A stretch of DNA of 64,000 nucleotides from a virus (IMGVR_UViG_2744054576_000007:1-64000), one strand, 5' to 3'. Positions 48,357 through 55,910 are shown, numbered from the stretch's first letter. The notes: generated by a model from the sequence alone, not told the origin. Made by a program: numbers and translations.

Positions 48357-48476
48357 TTATTTTAATTCTTCAGGCACTGGTTCACCGCATACCAGCGTCC
48401 AACTAGCCAGATTCACTTCAGCTACGGTCAGCATCGTAAAAACGAATCCAACTAACATAATCAATTTGCTTTTCAT
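48357..48476 (-). CDS. agrD: AgrD-like autoinducing-peptide precursor (39 aa)
   Basis: Not in the track. Sequence MKSKLIMLVGFVFTMLTVAEVNLASWTLVCGEPVPEELK. N-terminal amphipathic/hydrophobic leader, a single Cys, and a C-terminal PVPEELK that resembles the LamD/AgrD tails IPDELRK and VPKELT. The ATG overlaps the AgrB-like stop (ATGA). Confidence 0.5.
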   Translation of the reverse strand: MKSKLIMLVGFVFTMLTVAEVNLASWTLVCGEPVPEELK

Positions 48477-49012
48477 TCTTCCTTTTCACCTCCCTTCAGG
48501 CGAATAAGAAGAATGCTTTGTACTAATATAGCTAGATTGGATATTGGATGGTTTATTAAATAAAATATTGAAACTAAAAACAATGAAATAATTTTAAACC
48601 ATTTATAATTCTCTTTTTTTACTTTCGTTTGATTTTGTATATCGCTTGGTGAGTAAATTAGAACTAAGAGCAAACTAACTATGAACATTATAAAAGTATG
48701 TGCAGTAAAATAGTAGCCAAGTTTAGAAATAAGAATTATCATTACTGTCGAAAAAATGATGCACTTTTCGGGAGTTTGAAAGTGAAACCCACCCGAAAAT
48801 ATTCTTAATAGTGAGAACCCAAGTATCGCCACCAAACTTTCTTTTAAATTGCCAAAAATTAGAGAAAACAATACTATCAAAAGAATTGGTATGGTATTTG
48901 TAATTATGAATTTTAAGGCATATCGGATGATCCCATACGAAGGTAACTCATCAGGATATTTATTTTTTAAGTGGTGGCTCACCCTATCAACAAAATGATC
49001 AATTATTCTCAT
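48473..49012 (-). CDS. agrB: AgrB-like membrane cysteine endopeptidase (AIP-processing enzyme)
   Basis: 179 aa, polytopic. LRIFSGGFHFQTPEKC places His and Cys with the same H-x7-C spacing as the S. aureus AgrB catalytic H77/C84 (RRHAHGAHAPSSFWC). Confidence 0.55.
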   Translation of the reverse strand: MRIIDHFVDRVSHHLKNKYPDELPSYGIIRYALKFIITNTIPILLIVLFSLIFGNLKESLVAILGFSLLRIFSGGFHFQTPEKCIIFSTVMIILISKLGYYFTAHTFIMFIVSLLLVLIYSPSDIQNQTKVKKENYKWFKIISLFLVSIFYLINHPISNLAILVQSILLIRLKGGEKEE

Positions 49013-49697
49013 CTTTCAATTCCTTTCTAAATTCAATCATTATCATAATGACGAATATTGCCAGCCAAAATAGACCACTTACATATATATTATTAAAAAT
49101 AGATTTACTCATAAATGTTACTCCCAAAATTGACGCAATAAACAAAGTGATATTAGAGAAATTTAATTTGAATTTTAAGGAGTACTGATAGGGTAATGTA
49201 GTGAACCAGATAGATTTTTTTCTTAAATATAAACTTGTAAAGATTACTATACTATCCCCTGCTATTTGTACTATATATCCATATGTAAAGAGTGTGGAAT
49301 CTAATGACTTCGATGTTGACACCATAAAAAGGACAGCGATAATTGTTTGAGCAATAAATGAAAACAAAAAACTAATTCCAGAAATTCTAAGTGATGAAAG
49401 TAGCGATATCTTAAATAAGAAAATGAGAAAAACAATCATCAAACCTATATTTACAATGGGAGCAAAGTTTTCTGGCAGCCCATAATCTCTGTATAAATAA
49501 GTAGCAACAGATATACATAAACTCGCCACTACAAACTGTATCCAATATTCACGAAGTTTAACTTGATACATACCAAAACCGAATGTAAAAATTGCTACCC
49601 CATCGAGCATAGACAATAATATGTATTTAACTGTTTCCATTCCGCTGTTTCTCTCCCTAAATACAAATATAATTAATTTATATAGAGAATATATCAT
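48999..49697 (-). CDS. polytopic (6-7 TM) membrane protein, possible AgrC-like sensor module without a kinase domain
   Basis: 232 aa, almost entirely TM helices. Sits at the head of the AgrB-like/AgrD-like/LytTR gene string. Confidence 0.35.
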   Translation of the reverse strand: MIYSLYKLIIFVFRERNSGMETVKYILLSMLDGVAIFTFGFGMYQVKLREYWIQFVVASLCISVATYLYRDYGLPENFAPIVNIGLMIVFLIFLFKISLLSSLRISGISFLFSFIAQTIIAVLFMVSTSKSLDSTLFTYGYIVQIAGDSIVIFTSLYLRKKSIWFTTLPYQYSLKFKLNFSNITLFIASILGVTFMSKSIFNNIYVSGLFWLAIFVIMIMIEFRKELKDENN

Positions 49698-49751
49698 GAG
49701 CGCTCATATATGTCAACAACTAAACATAAAAAAAGTAGAATAAGTAAAAAC

Positions 49752-50744
49752 TTATTCTACTTCAAGCACTTTTGGATATATTCTTGTTATTGTTTCTACA
49801 TTCAAAAAGTCTTTTGTGTACATTGTTGTATAAAATATTTCTCCATCTTTACTACCCACATTAAACTTTTTGCTTATTTCGTGTATATCGCTTCTTTCCA
49901 ACTTACCTTTTTTATCAATGTAAATGTCCTTTGCCATTTTTAACATTCCTGAATTTCTTATGTCTACAGGAGATAGTTTCTCCATATTCAATTTTGCAGC
50001 AAACTTTGTAATGGTTTGCGATATAAGCGTCTGCTTAACTTTTTCATCTTTAGTGCTCTTTATAATATATGAGCTGTCTTTAAGAGCACTATTTTTTTTG
50101 TTACTGAGACTTCCTTCTCCAAAATTTGAACTATAAGATGTCTCTTCATCAGCTCTTAGCATAGCTTCCAAAAGAAATTCACTAACAATTATTTCACGAT
50201 TTTCCACTTCCCCATATCGACCAACGTTTGTTAATTTTACTGTTCTAGTTGCTTGGTCTATATCTTGCCTTTTTAGATTCCTAATTTCAGAACATTCTCG
50301 TCCCATAATGCCTTCAAATATACTTTGGATTATAACAATATCTCTATTACTATCAATTTGACCAAGCGCTAACTCAAGATCGTCATCTCTTATAAGAATC
50401 TGCTTTGGAATAAACTTTTCGTAAAATTCTTTTCCATTAACAACATCCAATGGATTCAGGTTGTCAGCTCTAAGATCTTGAGAAATAGCCCACTCAATAT
50501 ATTTCTTAATAATTGATCCATATATAGTGGCTGAACTTAACTTATTGGGTGCCAGTAAATACATAACCTCTTCGATTTCAGACAGACTAAAATTGTACAA
50601 ATCTTTGTTGTACTTCATCTCAACTTTGCTTGCTCGTTTTAATTTACTTTCATAATTACCTCTTGTTGCTTTTCTATATCCATCTAAAAACCTTTGTTTT
50701 ATATCTGGATTATATAGATTATCTCCATATATACGGTTCATCAA
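49752..50744 (-). CDS. tyrosine-recombinase/integrase-like protein (divergent; catalytic box II degenerate)
   Basis: N-terminal SAM-like core-binding region. Box I GIMGRECSEIRNLKRQDID (R present). Box II reads VDIRNS instead of HxLRH. Candidate Tyr in EIFYTTMY. Confidence 0.35.
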   Translation of the reverse strand: MMNRIYGDNLYNPDIKQRFLDGYRKATRGNYESKLKRASKVEMKYNKDLYNFSLSEIEEVMYLLAPNKLSSATIYGSIIKKYIEWAISQDLRADNLNPLDVVNGKEFYEKFIPKQILIRDDDLELALGQIDSNRDIVIIQSIFEGIMGRECSEIRNLKRQDIDQATRTVKLTNVGRYGEVENREIIVSEFLLEAMLRADEETSYSSNFGEGSLSNKKNSALKDSSYIIKSTKDEKVKQTLISQTITKFAAKLNMEKLSPVDIRNSGMLKMAKDIYIDKKGKLERSDIHEISKKFNVGSKDGEIFYTTMYTKDFLNVETITRIYPKVLEVE

Positions 50745-50758
50745 TAAGACACCTCTTG

Positions 50759-52078
50759 TTATTTTATAGTGCGCTCAAAATATTTAATAAGTTCTCCCTG
50801 TAATTTCTTGTTGTCATATATTCTCTTCGATTCAAGAATTTCAATCAAATCACTATCTTCAAAATCGATCGCATCTATTACACTCTTCAAGCTTTTCAAT
50901 TCTCTATTCTCATCATAAAAACGTTTAGCAATAACCGTATACCCAAGGAACATAAAAGGATTGTTAATATAAGTGTGTTTATTGGGATTTTCAATAAATT
51001 CGTCGTAATAAAAGCCAATTAAATAACCAAAAAATTTAATTAAATATTCTGAGACTTCTCTGTACTCAACATAATTAGTTGGGTTAAATGTTTTTTCAAT
51101 TCCGAATGACAAAATACTAAAAGTTGTAAGTTGACCAACTTCTTTATTTGCCTTTCTGCTAGAAGCTATTCTAATCCCTCTTAGTTCACTAGTTGGATTA
51201 TTTTGCAATTCTTTTACCACGTTATCTGACTTCTTTTCCGCTTGCAGTTCTTTTCTTCTTTCCTTGCTCAATGGGTTTATGGTATTTATTTGACCAAAAT
51301 ATTGCTCTGCTGTGGTGTTGTCATATACTCTTATTGAAAGAGGAGATACAAAATGAATGTCTTCATTTGCGTTTAAAGCTTTAATTTGACCCTGGAATCG
51401 ATGATATCCATCGAGAATAGAAATTATACTTTTTTCGTTTATTGTGAGAGTATAATTTTCTTTATCATATGTCACAGGTTGGTGTTCGTATGCGAATACA
51501 TTAAAAGTAATTGTATCGGCAAGATAGCTTTGATTTAGAATTTTTTGAGCTATTTTTTTCACACTCGTTTGGTTAACAATGGGTGACTCCACTACACCAT
51601 CGCGAGTATTACCTTTGTATCTCATACCACGTTGGGAGCGTGGGTCATAATTAATTAATTGAGAATTGAACATTTGTACCAACATCTGTATAGTAATTTT
51701 TGTGGAATAAGATCTTTCATCTATTTGTATTACGTCTTCAAAAGTAATAGGCAATTTTAAATAATCTTTTTGATAGATCAATTTAATGTTTTCTTTTGCT
51801 TCGTTTATTTCATTATGGCTAAAATAATCCATTGCATCTATTATTGTATTACCAAGAACACTTTGCAAAACTTCTGTAATCACACATATAAGTGAAATAT
51901 CAGTATCTTGTAACAGTTTTGTGTTAATTATTATTTTATTATATTCTCCGTATGGAACTCCCAATGCACTCAAACGATCATTAATTTTTAAAAGGCTTTT
52001 CTTATCATTTTTATTTGATTCAACAATTTCAGTTAGACGCTGTTCTAATTCGCTTCTCTCTTTTTTCAATATCGTCAC
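50759..52078 (-). CDS. DUF262/ParB-like (GmrS/DndB-type DGQHR-like) domain protein
   Basis: NYDPRSQRGMRY (QR motif) and ISILDGYHRFQG (DGQQR/DGQHR-like motif). 439 aa. No HNH/DUF1524 C-terminal motif seen. Confidence 0.45.
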   Translation of the reverse strand: MTILKKERSELEQRLTEIVESNKNDKKSLLKINDRLSALGVPYGEYNKIIINTKLLQDTDISLICVITEVLQSVLGNTIIDAMDYFSHNEINEAKENIKLIYQKDYLKLPITFEDVIQIDERSYSTKITIQMLVQMFNSQLINYDPRSQRGMRYKGNTRDGVVESPIVNQTSVKKIAQKILNQSYLADTITFNVFAYEHQPVTYDKENYTLTINEKSIISILDGYHRFQGQIKALNANEDIHFVSPLSIRVYDNTTAEQYFGQINTINPLSKERRKELQAEKKSDNVVKELQNNPTSELRGIRIASSRKANKEVGQLTTFSILSFGIEKTFNPTNYVEYREVSEYLIKFFGYLIGFYYDEFIENPNKHTYINNPFMFLGYTVIAKRFYDENRELKSLKSVIDAIDFEDSDLIEILESKRIYDNKKLQGELIKYFERTIK

Positions 52079-52133
52079 CCTTTGTATTGATTATATTTTC
52101 ATTATAACATAAAAAAATAATAAATATACATGA

Positions 52134-52919
52134 CTATAGTCGCCGATATTCGTCCAACTTTTGATGGCTATTACCAAATAAAACTAGATCGATAGCCATT
52201 TTTCTTACATCGCTTAATGAATAGTTTTGTATCTTTTTTATAATTTCTTCCCTTATTTGCTTGTAACAGCTATCACAAAATAACTCTTCATTATTAACTG
52301 GTGTGAATTGCGTGTAGCATCTCTCATTACTGCAAACTTTATCGTTTGTTTTAGCGCCTTTAGCATTAAACTCAGCTTTTGCCATCGCAACTTCCCAAGT
52401 CATATTGTTATTTGAGATCGTAGACAATGAAGGTTTAAGTTTTAGATCGCTGTATTTTTTTCTGGTTGGAATATAACCCAACCTTTTTATTGTTTGTTTC
52501 AAATCACTTATCATTGTATCGATGTTTAAATATCTATTCTTTAAGTTGACTTTTGCTACTTCTGCGAGACTTTCTATTCCAAAATGCTCAGATATATAAT
52601 CCCAGCTAGGACTAAAGCCCTCTTTCTCATATCCTTGCTTATCAATATAGCCTTGTGTTACATTTAATAACTTCAAATTGCTTATTGCTTTTATTCTATT
52701 TTCTTTTAGTTGAAACTCATCTTTACTTGGTATGTTTGCTTTTTTTAAAAATTCCTTGAATCCAATTTTATGTTTTCTGTTATAGGCATCCCACGTTACA
52801 GTTTTATCCTTATCTCTATATTGATCAAATAGTTCTGTTGTCAAATATCCACCTGCTTTTTCTGCCGCAAGCCTTGCTTGAACAACGATATCATTATCCA
52901 TAAAATCACCTCTCAACAA
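52134..52919 (-). CDS. hypothetical protein with C-terminal zinc ribbon
   Basis: 261 aa. C-terminal CSNERC...CDSC. Confidence 0.4.
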   Translation of the reverse strand: MLRGDFMDNDIVVQARLAAEKAGGYLTTELFDQYRDKDKTVTWDAYNRKHKIGFKEFLKKANIPSKDEFQLKENRIKAISNLKLLNVTQGYIDKQGYEKEGFSPSWDYISEHFGIESLAEVAKVNLKNRYLNIDTMISDLKQTIKRLGYIPTRKKYSDLKLKPSLSTISNNNMTWEVAMAKAEFNAKGAKTNDKVCSNERCYTQFTPVNNEELFCDSCYKQIREEIIKKIQNYSLSDVRKMAIDLVLFGNSHQKLDEYRRL

Positions 52920-53385
52920 AATACCTATTAGTCATAAACCAAGCCTTACCCTTATCTGTATCAACCATACCCTTCTTGTTATCCAAAAATACAATATCAC
53001 CGCATTCTTTACAACCCCATTTGCTCCTCTTATACGCCGATTCATTAATATAGGACGCTCCACATTTACATTCTACCTTAATCAAAACCTTATGCTGACT
53101 GTATGCATCTGCTAGCTGTTCTTTAGACTTACTCACTACTGCTGGTTGCTGTATTGTTGCTACATATTCCCTTTGCTCTGAAAATTCATTATGTACCTTG
53201 AAGTCTGCTACAAGCTCAGGATTCAACCCAAAATGCTCTCTGCCTACTGTGGTTACATATTTACTGCCTACGCGATATGATTCTATCCAATCCTGTATTT
53301 GTTTGACCGAAAGCTCTACACTTCCTTTAATACCGCTGTTTAGCGTGTAAGTCATTGTGTAATATTGAGAATTAATCGCAAACAC
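52906..53385 (-). CDS. hypothetical protein
   Basis: 159-aa ORF with a C-terminal CKCG...CKEC Cys cluster. Confidence 0.4.
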   Translation of the reverse strand: MFAINSQYYTMTYTLNSGIKGSVELSVKQIQDWIESYRVGSKYVTTVGREHFGLNPELVADFKVHNEFSEQREYVATIQQPAVVSKSKEQLADAYSQHKVLIKVECKCGASYINESAYKRSKWGCKECGDIVFLDNKKGMVDTDKGKAWFMTNRYFVER

Positions 53386-53436
53386 CCCCTATGTTTAATA
53401 TACTATAAGCGATAGTTATTATCAAAAGAATAAATT

Positions 53437-53474
53437 TTAAAAAACACAAAAAAGCGAACGCTATTCATGTTCGC
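53437..53474 (-). terminator. rho-independent terminator
   Basis: Stem GCGAAC/GTTCGC with a 9-nt loop, followed on the minus strand by TTTTTTGTGTTTTTT. Confidence 0.55.
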
Positions 53475-53550
53475 TCATATTAGTGTTCATATACATGGCT
53501 GCTGTAAAACATAGATCTCTTCTAATCAGTGTTTTTTGCAATAAGAAAGA

Positions 53551-53730
53551 TTAAAGATAGTTACCAGCATGATCATCCTCTTTGTGCCACAATAAATTAC
53601 CAAAATCTAATTTCGTATATTTATGTGGATTTGCTATTAACTCTTTCCTCACAATGGGGAGACAGATATCACACAATTTTCGATCCTCAACAGTTGTAAA
53701 AAATTCCTTTCTACAATACATACATTTCAT
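53551..53730 (-). CDS. small zinc-ribbon protein (59 aa)
   Basis: Not in the track. MKCMYCRKEF...CDICLP. AAGGAGG ribosome-binding site 7 nt upstream. The ATG overlaps the upstream stop (ATGA). Confidence 0.45.
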   Translation of the reverse strand: MKCMYCRKEFFTTVEDRKLCDICLPIVRKELIANPHKYTKLDFGNLLWHKEDDHAGNYL

Positions 53731-54149
53731 ACAAGAACCTCCTTATCTTTTAAATTCTCAACAATTTCCTTTACTTTGTTTAAATTTATACCCTTGTTGT
53801 TTTTGTAATAATCTATATGTAGATCTACAGACTCTAGAGCTTTGCTAAAACATAAAACGCCATAATCTCTATAAATATTAACAAGAAAATAATTTGTCGC
53901 TTCTGTCTTTATTGCAATCTTATAAACTTTTCCTTCTATCATTGATCTGAAGGCTGAAACGTAAGCTAAAGCTAAGCCTCTATACATACCAGACAGCGCT
54001 ACAATGTCGTTAAGTGCATGATTTAATTCAATCTGATTATGAAATACTCTTTTTGCGTAATCATATGATGTTTTTATCATTAAATCTGTTATGACTTGTC
54101 CCATCATTTCACTCCTTTTGGTGAACCTGTAACCACTTGTCAACATCAA
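53727..54149 (-). CDS. hypothetical protein
   Basis: 140-aa ORF. Confidence 0.4.
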   Translation of the reverse strand: MMLTSGYRFTKRSEMMGQVITDLMIKTSYDYAKRVFHNQIELNHALNDIVALSGMYRGLALAYVSAFRSMIEGKVYKIAIKTEATNYFLVNIYRDYGVLCFSKALESVDLHIDYYKNNKGINLNKVKEIVENLKDKEVLV

Positions 54150-54324
54150 GGTTTGTTCTCACTACCCTGTTTTTCTTTGAATCCCATATACGGAACCCGT
54201 TTGCCATAAAATTGCTAAGTGTATGCTCGCTGTCGGCATTTGTGTTTGTAAATACCCAAGTTTCGAGCTTATGTTCTCTGTCGTACTCGGTTAGCTTCAT
54301 TAGGCAAAATCTTTTATTTTTCAT
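54109..54324 (-). CDS. hypothetical protein
   Basis: 71-aa ORF. First gene leftward of the divergent control region. Confidence 0.4.
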   Translation of the reverse strand: MKNKRFCLMKLTEYDREHKLETWVFTNTNADSEHTLSNFMANGFRIWDSKKNRVVRTNLDVDKWLQVHQKE

Positions 54325-54507
54325 ATATGCTCTCCATGATGTTGTCTATTATGCCGTTAATCTGATAGAATAAAATGACAAATTACTCCCTCTACAAAAG
54401 TAGGGAGATTTTGTTATGCCTTCTTTATGGAACGAAATTCGTTCCACTTGCTCTTAATTTATTATAAAAGGGGTTATTTTACATGTCAACTGCTTTTTTG
54501 GTGAAAT

Positions 54508-54729
54508 ATGTGGTGGTTTGAAATTACACTATCTCATATATTAGATAGAAAGGGTATTAGTAATAGGGAGTTGGCGCGCAGAACTGGCATTAGACCTGCA
54601 ACAATAAATAGCCTATGCAATAACACTGCAAAACAACTATCTTTCGACAACTTGGCTACTATATGCGAAGTCTTGGATATAGATCTTGATGAGATAATCC
54701 TTTTACATAAAGAAGAGAAACGGGATTAG
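54508..54729 (+). CDS. XRE/Cro-like HTH regulator
   Basis: NRELARRTGIRPATINSL HTH. GGTGA ribosome-binding site. 73 aa. Plus strand, diverging from the minus-strand genes across a region that contains palindromes. Confidence 0.6.
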   Translation: MWWFEITLSHILDRKGISNRELARRTGIRPATINSLCNNTAKQLSFDNLATICEVLDIDLDEIILLHKEEKRD

Positions 54730-54741
54730 TTTCCCGTTTCT
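54714..54741. terminator. bidirectional hairpin terminator between convergent XRE and mazF genes
   Basis: GAGAAACGGGA-ttagtt-TCCCGTTTCTT (10/11 bp) with T-rich flanks on both strands. Confidence 0.5.
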
Positions 54742-55128
54742 TTATCTCATTGCCAATGAAACTGATAATGCATCCACAATTTCATGACTATACTTATCTG
54801 GAAGTTCGGTAATTTTAAAATCTAATTGATCTTTGGATATAGTCATAATTTGTTCCAGCAAGATGATGCTATCGCTATATAGTCCTGTGTCTGTTCCACT
54901 TACTTTTACATGAGTAGGCATTTCTTTTTTTACACGTGATGTTACAGGAGCCACTATAACTACTGGAGAATACTTGTTTCCCATATTGTTTCCAATCACC
55001 ACACAAGGTCTTTCACCACTTTGTACGCTCCCTTTATTACTCCCTAAATGTACATTCCACATATCCAAGCGTTTAATTTCTTTTGTCATTCGATCCATTG
55101 CTACCGCCACTATGTAATCACTCCTCAT
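54742..55128 (-). CDS. mazF: MazF/PemK/EndoA-family endoribonuclease toxin
   Basis: SGERPCVVIGNNMGNKYSPVVIVAPVTS...PTHVKV...DSIILLEQIMTISKDQL...IVDALSVSLAM aligns closely with B. subtilis EndoA (NdoA). The likely start is the GTG at 55110 (GAGGAGTG ribosome-binding site) rather than the track ATG. Confidence 0.75.
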   Translation of the reverse strand: MRSDYIVAVAMDRMTKEIKRLDMWNVHLGSNKGSVQSGERPCVVIGNNMGNKYSPVVIVAPVTSRVKKEMPTHVKVSGTDTGLYSDSIILLEQIMTISKDQLDFKITELPDKYSHEIVDALSVSLAMR

Positions 55129-55225
55129 TAACTATTGTTTACTTCTCATCTTATTTTTATTTTTGCTACTAGTTAAATTCTATTATGTACTTTTCTAAAC
55201 TTATCTTTGCTCTTTCTATATGTAA

Positions 55226-55254
55226 TTATACTAACAAAAATAATTAAATACAAG
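55226..55254 (-). promoter_or_regulatory. sigma-A-type promoter of mazF
   Basis: On the minus strand: -35 TTGTAT (55249-55254), 17-nt spacer, -10 TATAAT (55226-55231). Confidence 0.5.
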
Positions 55255-55256
55255 AT

Positions 55257-55270
55257 GGAACGTTTGTTCT
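55257..55270 (-). promoter_or_regulatory. Cheo/LexA-type SOS box GGAACGTTTGTTCT abutting the mazF -35
   Basis: GAAC-N4-GTTC dyad 3-4 nt upstream of the mazF -35. The same dyad occurs at 27535 and 47821. Confidence 0.5.
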
Positions 55271-55375
55271 GTCAAGTTTTTTTCGTATCATACGAATATT
55301 TCCGTGGCTAAGTGCATAATTCTATTGACAACTGGATATACATAGTACTAAGGATATTTTCAGGGAGGAATATAG

Positions 55376-55894
55376 ATGCGACAAGACGCTTGGTCTCGAT
55401 CCGATGACGATCTGCTAGCTAAAACAGTGATTAACTATATAAGCAGTAACAAAACTCAATTAACTGCATTTCAGGAGGTTGGGAGTGAACTGAACCGCAC
55501 AGCGGCAGCCTGTGGATTTAGGTGGAATAGCGCCCTGAGACATAAATATCATAGTGAAATAAAAAAAGCAAAAGAACAAAGAAGGAATAATAAGAGAAGT
55601 CCAAAAAACAGAATCAATAACACAAAAATTCAAAAGACCGATATAAACTTTATGGACGAGATAGACAATGCTATCCAAGCCCTAAATAAATTAAGGATTG
55701 AATATCTAAATATGCAAGAAACCATACGTACACAGAATAACAAAATAACTGAATTAACTATAGATATCCAAGAAAGCAAAAAAGAAGATCGACAACCTAT
55801 TGCAAGTGACGATTTAGACACTTTACTTAAAATTTTACACAGAGCGGATCAGATACAAAAAAACATGTCTCAATACAAAGAACCTGCCATTTAA
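55376..55894 (+). CDS. rsfA: RsfA-family (prespore-specific regulator, Myb/SANT-like) transcription factor
   Basis: MRQDAWSRSDDDLLAKTV...TQLTAFQEVGSELNRTAAACGFRWNSALRHKY is near-identical in pattern to the B. subtilis RsfA N-terminal domain. AGGGAGGAA ribosome-binding site. Confidence 0.7.
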   Translation: MRQDAWSRSDDDLLAKTVINYISSNKTQLTAFQEVGSELNRTAAACGFRWNSALRHKYHSEIKKAKEQRRNNKRSPKNRINNTKIQKTDINFMDEIDNAIQALNKLRIEYLNMQETIRTQNNKITELTIDIQESKKEDRQPIASDDLDTLLKILHRADQIQKNMSQYKEPAI

Positions 55895-55910
55895 TTGGCA
55901 GGTTTTTTAA
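55881..55910 (+). terminator. rho-independent terminator of the rsfA-like gene
   Basis: AACCTGCCA-tttaat-TGGCAGGTT followed by TTTTTT. Overlaps the stop codon. Confidence 0.65.
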
